DNA of 64,000 nucleotides from Thermoguttaceae bacterium (lineage in GTDB: Bacteria > Planctomycetota > Planctomycetia > Pirellulales > Thermoguttaceae). Positions 44,575 through 53,832 of this stretch are shown here, piece by piece (the stretch's first letter is position 1; every line of letters begins with the position of its first letter). The translations under genes were made by a program, and so were the position numbers. The notes beneath the pieces were generated by a model, which did no database searches, was not told the DNA's origin, and was given only the letters and a program-made list of their open reading frames with translations. Location of the stretch: assembly GCA_017441605.1 (NCBI GenBank), contig JAFRXD010000002.1, positions 25,674 to 89,673 of the forward strand, given 5' to 3'.

Positions 44575-44797
44575 ATTGACCTCGCGATAACAAGTCGAAA
44601 AGAAGAAGTTTCCCAGCGCGAGTCTCCTCGCGTCTTCGAACCGACGGGGCTCTTTGAGCGCCGCGTTCGCTTTCCTTTGTCATCATTATCGACGAGAACC
44701 GAACTTATAATTAGTAAATTCGGAATATTTGTTGTTTCTTGTCTATTTTAACTATTTCTCCTGTGTTAAAAGAAATTGTTTGCCTCTCGCGATCCTC

Positions 44798-44826
44798 TTG
44801 CAACGGGGCTCTCTATTTTGTAAACT
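44798..44826 (+). promoter_or_regulatory. Putative promoter of the GntP-family permease gene
   Basis: TTGCAA, 17-nt spacer, TAAACT. This would give a ~200-nt AT-rich leader. Confidence 0.4.
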
Positions 44827-45030
44827 TTGTCGAGAGCCAACCGGCGGAAAGATACCGAAAAACGCGATGTTTGAAAAGAACGAAATTTTCAATAATCCAT
44901 TTTTTCGAGACTTTGAATTCGAGGAGGCTCGCGCGCGATTTGTTTGGACTATTAGGAGAGCGACGGATAGGTATTGAACGTCGCGTTAAGAGAAAACGAG
45001 ATCCGAGAACACGAGAAATAAGGGCGCGAA

Positions 45031-46521
45031 GTGAGCGGTTTTTTTAACGATCCAATCTTCGTTTTAGCGTTAAGTTTGGTCGTGGCGATCGGTTCGATCA
45101 TTTATTTGCGAATCGGGGCCTTTTTGTCGTTGTTATTGGGGGCATTGATCGTAAGTTTCTGGACGGGAATGGTCGGAGGAGGGGCGTTTGATCCCGTTGG
45201 ACGTTTTACGGCGGTTTGCTCGGCGCTCGGGACGACGGTCGGAAAAATTGGGGTTTTGATCGTATTTGGAACGATCATAGGGAAATGTTCGGCGGACAGC
45301 GGGGCGGCGGATCGGATCGTTTTCGCTTTTCGAAGGCTTTTTGGGGAGAAACGCGCGCCCGCGGCTCTGGCGGGCGGGGCGTTCGTTCTTTCGATACCGG
45401 TATTTTACGACGCGACGTTTTATCTGTTGCTTCCTCTGGCGAAGTCGGCGTATCGGGCGGTTCGCAAGAACTACGTTTTGTATTTGTTGGCGGTCGGACT
45501 TGGCGCGACGATATCGCACACAACGATTCCGCCGACCCCCGGGCCAATCGCGGTCGCCGCCGAATTGGGCGTTCCGCTTTCGACTTCGCTACGGGTCGGA
45601 TTGACGGTAGGACTTTTCCTTATGCCCGTCGTTTTGGTTTTGGCTTGGTTTTTCAACAAAGTTCTTCCGAATCCTCAAATTGCGCGGGACGCGTTGGAAG
45701 AAGGGAACGATAGTTCGAGCGATATAAAAGTTGGCGCGAGTCTCGAAGGAGCTCCGTCTCTTTGGTTTTCGGCGCTTCCTATCGCGCTTCCGATCGCGTT
45801 AATCGCGCTTTCGTCGATCGCCGACGCGCGTTTTGGCGAATTTAAACCAAGCGCGGGACCGTCTTTTTCGGTTTGGACGAGTTCTTTCTTGAGCGACCCT
45901 AGCGCCGCGCTCGCGCGTTCGTCGCGTATGGCGATTTCATTTTTGGGGAATCCATGCGTCGCGTTAGGACTCGCGGCGATTTTATCCGCGCTTCCGCTTT
46001 TGACGTCTCGAAAACGCAGAACGACGCGCTCGGAATTGGAGAAGAAGCTCAACGCGGCGCTCGCGAGCGCAGGTTCGATTATCCTGATCACGGCGGCGGG
46101 GGGCGCTTACGGCGAAATGTTGCGCGGTTCGGGGATAGGGGAGCGCATAAAGGAATTATTCGTAGTGTCCGAAGGAGCGGGGGGACTAACGACGTTGACG
46201 TTGGCATTCCTTACGACCGCGCTGTTGAAGACCGCGCAAGGCTCGAGCACGACGGCGATGATAACGTCGGCGGGGATTTTTTCGGCAATGGGTTTGACAA
46301 ACGAAGCGCTGGGATTTAACGTCGCCTATATAGGTTCCGCGATCGGGGTCGGCTCTTGCGTCGCGAGTTGGATGAACGACAGCGGTTTCTGCGTTTTTTC
46401 ACGGTCTTCGGGAATCGCCGAGGTCGACTGTCTTAAGGTTTGGACGGCGGGCACCGCGCTTTTGGGACTCGCGGGCTTTGTCATTACGGTCGCGGCAAGC
46501 GCGTTTTTCCCAATGATTTGA
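45031..46521 (+). CDS. GntP family (gluconate/carboxylate:H+) permease
   Basis: 496 aa, polytopic. The TAQGSSTTAMITSAGIF motif near the C-terminus and the overall layout resemble GntP. GTG start. Confidence 0.7.
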   Translation: MSGFFNDPIFVLALSLVVAIGSIIYLRIGAFLSLLLGALIVSFWTGMVGGGAFDPVGRFTAVCSALGTTVGKIGVLIVFGTIIGKCSADSGAADRIVFAFRRLFGEKRAPAALAGGAFVLSIPVFYDATFYLLLPLAKSAYRAVRKNYVLYLLAVGLGATISHTTIPPTPGPIAVAAELGVPLSTSLRVGLTVGLFLMPVVLVLAWFFNKVLPNPQIARDALEEGNDSSSDIKVGASLEGAPSLWFSALPIALPIALIALSSIADARFGEFKPSAGPSFSVWTSSFLSDPSAALARSSRMAISFLGNPCVALGLAAILSALPLLTSRKRRTTRSELEKKLNAALASAGSIILITAAGGAYGEMLRGSGIGERIKELFVVSEGAGGLTTLTLAFLTTALLKTAQGSSTTAMITSAGIFSAMGLTNEALGFNVAYIGSAIGVGSCVASWMNDSGFCVFSRSSGIAEVDCLKVWTAGTALLGLAGFVITVAASAFFPMI

Positions 46522-46576
46522 CGAACGTCTCGCAAGGAACCGATCGTTTCTTGACGAGAAAGCGAAACGGATAAAA

Positions 46577-47557
46577 ATGAGCCATCATCAAGAGGAAACA
46601 GGAAGCGAAACGAAGCCGGTCGAGAACGACGATCGCGCGCGACTTCGCGTTCTTTCAACGGACGAGGAAACAAAGGAGCCTCGAAATGATTCGCCCGAGT
46701 CGAACGGCTCGGAAGTCGAAAGCGAAGACGTTTTTTTTGAAGGTTTTTCGAGTCCAACCGAAGAACGGGATCGCGAGCGCTCGGAGGAATCTTTCGCGAA
46801 CGGATTGAAAGCGCTTTTTGCGGAGGAAAGCGCGGAGGAGTCGGAGAACGAAGATCGAGACGCGAACGATCCTCCGACGCTGATCGAGCAAATGGAGGAA
46901 GAACGTCGCGAAGGAATCGACGGGGTATTGCGACAGGAAGGAGCGGAGTTTCTCGAAGAAGCGGGGCGGAAATACGACGCACCCTCCGACTCCCTAGGGG
47001 AATTAGGATTCGAAGGGACGAATCGCTCCGCGATCATACGTCCGGAGAGCGTATTAGAGGCGGCTCTGTTTGTCGGCGATCCGGACAATAAGCCTCTTTC
47101 GTTGAAAAAGGCGTGCGAAATAATGCGAGACGTGTCCGAACTAGAAGCGATCGAAGCTTTGGCGGATCTCAACGAGCGCTATTATCGAGACGGTTCGCCT
47201 TATAAGATCGTTCGCGAAGGAGACGGGTTTCGCATGGTATTGCTTCCGGAATACGCCGAAATGATTTCGCGCTCCGGGAAAAAGACGAAAGAGTTTAAAT
47301 TGTCGCAAACGGCGGTCGACGTTTTGGCGCTGGTCGCATATCGCCAACCGATCGCGCTCGCGGAAATTCTGGACGCCAGGGAGAACGCGCGACCCGTCTT
47401 GACGCAATTGATTAAACGCGAACTTATTAGCGTCGAAAAGCGCGTTGTCGACAACAAGAGCGTATCGTTTTACAAGACGACCGATCGATTTCTTTCGGTT
47501 TTTAATTTAGAGTCTCTCGACGATCTTCCCATTGTGGACGATATCGATATTCGATAA
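46577..47557 (+). CDS. scpB: Segregation and condensation protein B with acidic N-terminal extension
   Basis: C-terminal ~200 aa: LEAALFVGD...PLSL, then LSQTAVDVLALVAYRQPIALAEILDARENARPVLTQLIKRELI (winged-helix ScpB pattern). The first ~125 aa are D/E-rich. Confidence 0.8.
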   Translation: MSHHQEETGSETKPVENDDRARLRVLSTDEETKEPRNDSPESNGSEVESEDVFFEGFSSPTEERDRERSEESFANGLKALFAEESAEESENEDRDANDPPTLIEQMEEERREGIDGVLRQEGAEFLEEAGRKYDAPSDSLGELGFEGTNRSAIIRPESVLEAALFVGDPDNKPLSLKKACEIMRDVSELEAIEALADLNERYYRDGSPYKIVREGDGFRMVLLPEYAEMISRSGKKTKEFKLSQTAVDVLALVAYRQPIALAEILDARENARPVLTQLIKRELISVEKRVVDNKSVSFYKTTDRFLSVFNLESLDDLPIVDDIDIR

Positions 47558-47595
47558 GCGACAGTCCAAAAACGAACGGCGACTTTTCGAAACGC

Positions 47596-47624
47596 TTGCG
47601 CGCGTTTTTTCGCGTTGTTATAAT
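47596..47624 (+). promoter_or_regulatory. Putative promoter of the Tat-exported TIM-barrel gene
   Basis: TTGCGC, 17-nt spacer, TATAAT. Confidence 0.45.
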
Positions 47625-47764
47625 GAAGTCGGTCGATCGAGCGCGTCTCGACGGCGCGCTTTAGTTTCCGTTAAATGGAACAAATTAGCGAATCGCGTTT
47701 TGCGATCCGAATCGTCAATCGACCGGATTTTCGAAACGTCGCGCTTTTTTGGAAAGGAATAGCA

Positions 47765-48763
47765 ATGCAACATCAGTGGACTCGTCGCGATTTTATGACC
47801 AAGACCGCGCTCGGCATGGGCGCCGCCGCCTTGGCGACGAACATAAAGGGATTCGCCGCGACGGCGGATTCCGGCAAGAGTTACAAGACTCAGCTTCACA
47901 AGGGTTTTATCGTCGACAGCATTAACGCGGAAACGATGGAGCGCTTGGCGTCGATCGGAGTCGAGGGAGTCGAGGTTCAGAAATGGGACGTCGACGTGGA
48001 AGAGGCTCGGGAGGCGCGTAAAATCGCCGAGGCCGCGGGTATAAAGATTCATTCCGTGATGCGCGCGTGGACGAATTTCAACACGGAGTCCGCGGAAGCG
48101 GACGTCGAGACGGTCAAGCGCGCGCTTCGAGCGGCGGCGGCTTACGGGGCGTCGTCGGTGTTGCTCGTTCCTTGTCGGATTGGCAATCCGGGGCCGGCGC
48201 CTTGGGATTTCAAGGTGGAATACGATCCCTCCACGCTCATGCTCAAGAAAGTCGTCGACGGGGACAACGCGCCTTACGCGGAGTACATTAAGTTGCACAA
48301 CGAGGCGACCGACGCGTCGTATCGCTGTATGGAGCCTCTTATTCCGGTCGCGGCGTACGAAGGCGTTACGATCGGTCTAGAGAACGTGTGGAACAATCTT
48401 TGGTGCGCTCCGGAATTCTACGCGGCGTTTGTTAAATCGTTCGACAACGTTTGGGTCAAATCGTATTTTGATCTCGGCAATCACGTCAAGTACGCAAAGA
48501 CGGAAGATTGGCTTCGCGCGCTTGGGAAAGACGCGATCGTCAAGCTGCACATTAAGGACTTCCTCTTCGACAAAGAGAAGGGGGGCGGGTCGTTTGTGTC
48601 GATTGGAACCGGTTCGGTCGATTGGGTTTCTGTGCGGGACGTCATCGAAGAGATCGGCTACGACGGATTCGTTACGAACGAGAGCGGCGGTTATTCGGAC
48701 GAGCAATTCGTCAAGATTTTCGACAACTTCTTCGCGGGTCGCGCCGTTCTCGAAGATGTGTGA
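47765..48763 (+). CDS. Xylose isomerase-like TIM-barrel protein (sugar phosphate isomerase/epimerase family), Tat-exported
   Basis: MQHQWTRRDFMTKTALGMGAAALA twin-arginine signal. The GLENVWNN...YFDLGNHVKY pattern matches the AP endonuclease 2 / xylose isomerase-like fold. Confidence 0.8.
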   Translation: MQHQWTRRDFMTKTALGMGAAALATNIKGFAATADSGKSYKTQLHKGFIVDSINAETMERLASIGVEGVEVQKWDVDVEEAREARKIAEAAGIKIHSVMRAWTNFNTESAEADVETVKRALRAAAAYGASSVLLVPCRIGNPGPAPWDFKVEYDPSTLMLKKVVDGDNAPYAEYIKLHNEATDASYRCMEPLIPVAAYEGVTIGLENVWNNLWCAPEFYAAFVKSFDNVWVKSYFDLGNHVKYAKTEDWLRALGKDAIVKLHIKDFLFDKEKGGGSFVSIGTGSVDWVSVRDVIEEIGYDGFVTNESGGYSDEQFVKIFDNFFAGRAVLEDV

Positions 48764-48816
48764 GCGAAAAGAAATCGCGCGGAGCGTTAGGTCGTTCTAG
48801 GCGTTGAAAAAACGAT

Positions 48817-48870
48817 ATAGAAAAACGAAAAACGAACGTCGCGCCGACGCGTTTTTCGTTTTTCTATTTT
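48817..48870 (+). terminator. Unusually long hairpin terminator between the two TIM-barrel paralogs
   Basis: 18-bp perfect arms atagaaaaacgaaaaacg/cgtttttcgtttttctat plus inner cgtcg/cgacg, followed by tttt. Confidence 0.75.
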
Positions 48871-48910
48871 GGAAGTCGCGTTAAGGAACTAAGAGAGGAA
48901 TAGAATCGCA

Positions 48911-49837
48911 ATGACCGAAGAAGAGAAAAAATACAAGACGCGTCTGCATTGCGCGGCGCTCGTCGGAGAAATCGACGCGAAGGAAATCGAAGCTCTTGCG
49001 GCGGCGGGTTACGAGGGCGTGGAAACGCGGGCTTGGAACGTCGACGTCGCCAAAGCTCGCGAGGGTAGGAGGATCGCGGAAGCGAACGGGATTAAGATAC
49101 ACTCGGTGATGTGCAGCGGGACGTTCACTCAAGGGGACGATGTGGCGAAAAGCGAGGCGGAGCGCCTAAAGGGCGCGCTGCGAATCGCGGCGGAGTACGG
49201 CGCGTCGGCGATGCTCGTCGTACCGGGACGAGTCGACGATCCGGGAATTCGCCCATGGGAATTCGATATTGAATTTGATCCCGAGACGCTTTTGGTCTCC
49301 AAGGTCGTCAAGGGGGACAACGCTCCTTACGCGGGGTATATTAAAGCGCAAAACGACGCCACTCTTTCGGCCGTTCGCAACGTTCCCAGAATCGCGTCGG
49401 CGGCGGCCTACGAGGGAGTAACGGTCGGTTTGGAGAACGTGTGGAACAACTTATGGGTCGCGCCAGAGTTTCTCGCGGCGTTTATCCACTCGTTCGACAA
49501 CGTTCGGATTAAGTCGTATTTCGATTTAGGAAACCACGTCAAGTATTCCCCGACTCCGAATTGGCTTCGAGCGCTCGGTAAGAATTCGATCGTTAAGTTG
49601 CACTTCAAGGATTTTTTATTGACCGACCATACGAATCCCCACGGGGGACGATTCGTTCCGATCGGGCAGGGCTCGAACGATTGGACGCTTATTCGTCAAA
49701 CGCTAGACGATATTGGGTATAGCGGTTTTGCGACGATGGAGTTTGAAGAACAAGAGAGTTTGAAATTCACTGCGGAACAGAACGTTCGGAAGTTTAAGAA
49801 TTTCTTTAACGGAGTCGATATCAACGACGGCGTTTGA
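48911..49837 (+). CDS. Xylose isomerase-like TIM-barrel protein, cytoplasmic paralog
   Basis: 308 aa. Colinear with the preceding gene (GIKIHSVM, VKGDNAPYAGYIK, GLENVWNNLWVAPEF, SYFDLGNHVKY), but with no signal peptide. Confidence 0.8.
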   Translation: MTEEEKKYKTRLHCAALVGEIDAKEIEALAAAGYEGVETRAWNVDVAKAREGRRIAEANGIKIHSVMCSGTFTQGDDVAKSEAERLKGALRIAAEYGASAMLVVPGRVDDPGIRPWEFDIEFDPETLLVSKVVKGDNAPYAGYIKAQNDATLSAVRNVPRIASAAAYEGVTVGLENVWNNLWVAPEFLAAFIHSFDNVRIKSYFDLGNHVKYSPTPNWLRALGKNSIVKLHFKDFLLTDHTNPHGGRFVPIGQGSNDWTLIRQTLDDIGYSGFATMEFEEQESLKFTAEQNVRKFKNFFNGVDINDGV

Positions 49838-49860
49838 TTTGGCAAGTTCCTTGTTCGAGA

Positions 49861-49910
49861 TAAAGAAACGCGCGGCGAGCCGCCTAGACTCGCCGCGCGT
49901 TCTTTATTTA
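49861..49910. terminator. Bidirectional terminator between convergent genes
   Basis: 13-bp stem aacgcgcggcgag/ctcgccgcgcgtt, flanked by taaaga and tctttattta. Confidence 0.75.
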
Positions 49911-49965
49911 ACGCGTTATTGGAACGCGACGAAACGGGAATCTCGCCGCGCGCTCTGCATTAAAC

Positions 49966-50499
49966 TCAGTCGACTTCCTTAGCTTGCGGAACGACCCAAA
50001 CTTTAAGGGCGGACTCGACTTCGTGCCCGAGGTAGATGCGGACGGAGTATTGAGCCAATTCGCGAAGAGGGCCTTCGAGACGGACGTGGTCGACGGAAAT
50101 CGAAATGCCCTCGTTCTTAAGCGCGCGAACGATTTCCTCGGCGCCGATGGACCCGTAGAGCCGACCTTCTTCGTTGGCGTTGGCCTCGATGGTAACGCTG
50201 GTGCGAGCAATTTGCTCGGCGAGGGCGTGAAGGTGCTCCAATTGTTGACGGCGCTGCTCGGCAAGTTGAGCCTTGTGCTTTTCAATCATGCGACGATGGT
50301 GATCGGTCGCGATGGTCGCAAGCCCTTGGGGAATCAGGTAATTCTTGGCGTAACCCGGCTTGACCTCGACGACTTCGCCTTGCTTTCCCAAGGAGTCGAC
50401 CGATTGGATGAGCAGGAGTTGAATACCGCCGTTGGGTCCCTTGGGGAGACGTTTGCCGGGGCGCATGGCTCCTCGGGCGCGCTTGTTTCTAATTTGCAT
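49966..50499 (-). CDS. rplI: 50S ribosomal protein L9
   Basis: IQLLLIQSVDSLGKQGEVVEVKPGYAKNYLIPQGLA core. A basic N-terminal extension is present. An alternative ATG at 50466 is preceded by gaggag. Confidence 0.9.
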   Translation of the reverse strand: MQIRNKRARGAMRPGKRLPKGPNGGIQLLLIQSVDSLGKQGEVVEVKPGYAKNYLIPQGLATIATDHHRRMIEKHKAQLAEQRRQQLEHLHALAEQIARTSVTIEANANEEGRLYGSIGAEEIVRALKNEGISISVDHVRLEGPLRELAQYSVRIYLGHEVESALKVWVVPQAKEVD

Positions 50500-50570
50500 C
50501 GTTAAACCTTATAATATATTCTTTTCTTGATTGATTTCTTAATGAAAAACGGAACGTTTCCGCGCCAGGC

Positions 50571-51086
50571 TTAGAACGGAATGTCGTCGCCGGGGTCTTG
50601 GGAAAAGTCGTCGGGGGCGGAAGGCTGATTTTGATAGCGGGATTGACGCTGTTGGCCGGAATAATTGTTTCCGCCTTGTTGATACCCGCCCTGTTGTTGG
50701 TATCCGCCTTGTTGTTGATACCCGCCCTGTTGATATCCGCCGGCGCCCGAACCTCCGTCGCGAGAACCGACGAGGACGACGCGGTCGGCGATGACTTTCA
50801 CTTTGCTTCGCTTCTGTCCGTCTTGTTCCCAAGTATCTTGCTTCAGTCGACCTTCGACCAAGAGCGGACTCCCTTTGCGCGTGTAGTCGCGGACGATTTC
50901 CGCGCTTCGGGACCAAACGGTGACGTCGAAAAAGTTGGCTTCTTCGATCCAATTACCATTGGAGTCTTTTCTTCGTTCGTTGACGGCTAACGAAATGTCG
51001 ACGACCGAGGAGCCGCTCGGAAGAGAACGGAACTCAGGGTCGCGCGTCAAATTGCCAAGCAATACGACTCTATTATAACTGGCCAT
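50571..51086 (-). CDS. ssb: Single-stranded DNA-binding protein
   Basis: [22 protein letters not shown]-fold N-terminus, (GGYQQ)n linker, acidic DDIPF tail. Confidence 0.93.
   Translation of the reverse strand: MASYNRVVLLGNLTRDPEFRSLPSGSSVVDISLAVNERRKDSNGNWIEEANFFDVTVWSRSAEIVRDYTRKGSPLLVEGRLKQDTWEQDGQKRSKVKVIADRVVLVGSRDGGSGAGGYQQGGYQQQGGYQQQGGYQQGGNNYSGQQRQSRYQNQPSAPDDFSQDPGDDIPF
50671..50741. repeat. Short tandem coding repeat (GGYQQ units) in ssb linker
   Basis: Repeating ccgcc(c)tgttg(ttg)(a/g)ta units seen directly in the sequence. Confidence 0.7.
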
Positions 51087-51210
51087 AATTCACCTTTCGG
51101 GATCGTGACGTTAAAGCTCGACTCATAGGCGAGCGAAGCGAAACGCGGAGACGAACCGAAACAGGAACGTCCCGTTAAACTGAAGGGGAACGAGCGTTCC
51201 GACGAACGAA

Positions 51211-51642
51211 TCACTCCTCGGACTCGTTGTCGTCGGCGGCTTCTTCCTCTTCCTCGTAAACGTCTTCGGTCGCGTTGGCGGCGGCATCTTCGGCTTCTCG
51301 TTTCGCGGGACCGTTCAAGGCGTGATCGACCAAGGCTTCTTCGAGGCGAGGATCGATATTTTGAATCATGAAACGAATAATATTGCCGTTGAGTTGGAAT
51401 TGACGATTCAACTCGGCGAGTTTATCGGTCGTCAAGCGGAAATAGGTAAGCCAATAGGCGCCGCGACGATGGTTCTTAATGGGGTAGGCGAGTTTGCGCT
51501 CTTCCCAGAGGCGACTAACTCGAACGGTTCCGCCCAGGGCTTCGATCGTTTTCGCGACTTGTCCGGAGACTTCTTCCGGATTTCTCGCGAAGGCGTCGGA
51601 ACTCAGAATGAACAAACCTTCATAAATGTGTTCTGAAGTCAT
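51211..51642 (-). CDS. rpsF: 30S ribosomal protein S6
   Basis: YEGLFILSSD..., KLAYPIKNHRRGAYWL, acidic C-terminal tail. aggag SD upstream. Confidence 0.92.
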   Translation of the reverse strand: MTSEHIYEGLFILSSDAFARNPEEVSGQVAKTIEALGGTVRVSRLWEERKLAYPIKNHRRGAYWLTYFRLTTDKLAELNRQFQLNGNIIRFMIQNIDPRLEEALVDHALNGPAKREAEDAAANATEDVYEEEEEAADDNESEE

Positions 51643-51848
51643 TTAATGCTCCTAGTATATCGCGCGATTTTTGTTTCGCCAAAAATCGCTCTCGTCGCAA
51701 GAGACGAGCTTCTATCCGAACTATCGGAGGAGGAACGAACGGTTTCCTCGCGAATGGATTCGGGTATTTTATCTTCAAGGCGTCTCGACGAAAAAAACGC
51801 CGTCGAAAGGTTACGGTAGGAAATCGAACGCTCGTTGGCAAAAAGCGC

Positions 51849-52526
51849 TTAACGCTCTTTGGAGCCGTTTCGTTTTTTTGGTTCGCCCGCGTTGTATTTG
51901 TTCATCGTCTCGGCGATACCGCGCTCCGCCCACATTACCGCCGCGTCGGCGGCGTTTTTAATCGTCAATTCCATATCGACGCGCTCTTCTTTTGCAAATT
52001 GCGTCAAGACAAAATCGACAACTTTGTCGGGGGAAGCGGGTCGTCCAATACCGATTCGCAAACGAGGAAAATCTTGGGTTCCCAATTTTGCGATAATGTC
52101 CTTTAACCCCTTTTGCCCTCCGCTCCCCGCGCTCTCTCGAACGCGAATTTTAGCCAAAGGCAGATCGAGATCGTCGCAAACGACGAAGAGATCGGTTTGG
52201 GGGTCCAACTTGTAGAATCGAACGACCTCCGCGACGGAAGCCCCACTCAAATTCATATAAGTAGTCGGACACATTAGGAGAACGTTTTGTCCTCCAATAG
52301 CGGCGTCGAGACAATCGGCGCGAAATCGGTTGGTCGGTTTGCCCGAGGCGTAGCGAGACGCCAATTCGGCGAGAACCATATAACCGACGTTGTGTCGCGT
52401 GTTCCTGTATTGGGAACCGGGATTGCCCAGACCAACGATCACTTTATTCGGTTTCATTGCACTTTTCGGTTTTCCGCAAAAGTTTCCCAGAAAATCTCTT
52501 ATCAAATCGAAGAGCATCTTGGACAT
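51849..52526 (-). CDS. pth: Peptidyl-tRNA hydrolase
   Basis: KVIVGLGNPGSQYRNTRHNVGYMV motif. The true start may be the internal ATG at 52457 (MKPNKVIVGLGNPG). Confidence 0.92.
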   Translation of the reverse strand: MSKMLFDLIRDFLGNFCGKPKSAMKPNKVIVGLGNPGSQYRNTRHNVGYMVLAELASRYASGKPTNRFRADCLDAAIGGQNVLLMCPTTYMNLSGASVAEVVRFYKLDPQTDLFVVCDDLDLPLAKIRVRESAGSGGQKGLKDIIAKLGTQDFPRLRIGIGRPASPDKVVDFVLTQFAKEERVDMELTIKNAADAAVMWAERGIAETMNKYNAGEPKKRNGSKER

Positions 52527-52619
52527 TTTACAGTTTCCGAAAAACAGTCGAACAACTCGCGACGCGAAACGTTAAGAGTCGTTCGGACTCCGGTCGCGAC
52601 GTCGCGGGAGAGGGGAAGA

Positions 52620-53249
52620 TTATTCTTCTTCCTCTTCGGCCTTCTTGCGACCGATAACCTCGGGCTCGGCGCCTTCGGCGGCTTCCGATTCAGTCTCTTG
52701 GACCTCGACTTGCTCGACGCATTCGACGACGATAAGCTCGGGATCGGCGAGCAACTTGACGCCCTCGGGGGCGGCGACTTCGGAGACGCGGATCTGCTGA
52801 TTAAATCCAAGGTCGTTGACGCCAACGACGATCTTCTCGGGCGCGCTGGTGGGCTCCGCCTCGATTTCGATCATATGGAGGTGTTGCTTAACGACGCCGC
52901 CGTCTTTAAGTCCGGGGGCTTCGCCGCGCAATTCGACGGGAACGGAAAGTTGAACGCGCTCGTGTTCGCTGACTCGAGTGAAGTCGACGTGCAACGCGAC
53001 GTCGCCCCAAACGTTCCATTGAACTTCCTTGATGAACGCGCGCTCGGAGACCGCGCCGGAGAGTTGAACGAAACGGCTTCCGTGTCTGAGAGCCGCCTCG
53101 ACCAATTCCGTCGCCACCGCGAGATTCACGACCTCTTTTTTGTGTCCGTAGAGGACGGCGGGGGTTTTGCCGCTCTCTCGGAGACGACGATTCCGACGTT
53201 TACCAACCGTCTCGCGACGCTCGACGGACAAAGTCAAAAGTTCGACCAT
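52620..53249 (-). CDS. rplY: 50S ribosomal protein L25 / general stress protein Ctc
   Basis: 209 aa. RETVGKRRNRRLRESGKTPAVLYGHKKE N-terminus and an acidic C-terminal tail. The rplY-pth order is conserved. Confidence 0.9.
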   Translation of the reverse strand: MVELLTLSVERRETVGKRRNRRLRESGKTPAVLYGHKKEVVNLAVATELVEAALRHGSRFVQLSGAVSERAFIKEVQWNVWGDVALHVDFTRVSEHERVQLSVPVELRGEAPGLKDGGVVKQHLHMIEIEAEPTSAPEKIVVGVNDLGFNQQIRVSEVAAPEGVKLLADPELIVVECVEQVEVQETESEAAEGAEPEVIGRKKAEEEEE

Positions 53250-53353
53250 ATATTTTCCTTTGACGGAACAAAAGTTACGCCGCTCGCCATAGAGAAGCGA
53301 CGAGCTTCTCTCACTCCAAGCGACTTGCTTTTAATGTGCAAAAAATCTCCACT

Positions 53354-53381
53354 ATTATGCCTTAACGGTTGATTCTTTCAA
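53354..53381 (-). promoter_or_regulatory. Putative promoter of rplY-pth
   Basis: The minus strand reads TTGAAA, 16-nt spacer, CATAAT. This gives a ~100-nt leader containing the hairpin agagaagc/gcttctct. Confidence 0.45.
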
Positions 53382-53798
53382 GGGGGCGCGAGATAGAATG
53401 GCGCGTTTTCGATTGATTAGTCGTTAAAAAAAGCCCGCCTTTTACGCAAAACCCGTTTTGAATAGTCGAATCGACGTCCGTTGGAGGAACTTGGACGCGG
53501 GCGGTAGAGGAGAAAGAGAGGCGCGTAGATCGCGCTTTGGCGGGGGCAAAGTTGGATTAACGGCAATATTGGACCGATAGGAAACGACAACGGTTTTAAC
53601 GGTTCTTTGGGTTAGTGCAAAAAAAATATTTGTTACGATAGAACGGGGCGCGCCGCGAGGTAATGAAAAATTTTTAAAGAATTTTTTCCGGAGGCGAAAA
53701 AAAGGGGAAGTTTCTACGTAATCAGTGGAAGCGAACCGATAAAGACGCGGGATGTTCGGCGTCAAACCGTTGAAACTTTAATTTTTTTCCGCCGCGGC

Positions 53799-53826
53799 TT
53801 GAAAACTTGCGCCGTTTTGCTAGAAT
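53799..53826 (+). promoter_or_regulatory. Orphan consensus-like promoter inside the 1-kb gene-free gap
   Basis: TTGAAA (53799-53804), 16-nt spacer, TAGAAT (53821-53826). Same architecture as the tRNA, tmRNA and rpmI promoters in this window. Confidence 0.5.
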
Positions 53827-53832
53827 GAAACT

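Noticed and set aside
51654-51682. TTGGCG-N17-TATACT promoter (minus strand) directly in front of rpsF
   Set aside because: The predicted start site would fall downstream of the AGGAG Shine-Dalgarno sequence. That conflicts with the obvious RBS, so the true promoter is probably further upstream.
52287-53372. 361-aa plus-strand ORF opposite pth and rplY
   Set aside because: It overlaps two universally conserved minus-strand genes and has no recognisable domains.
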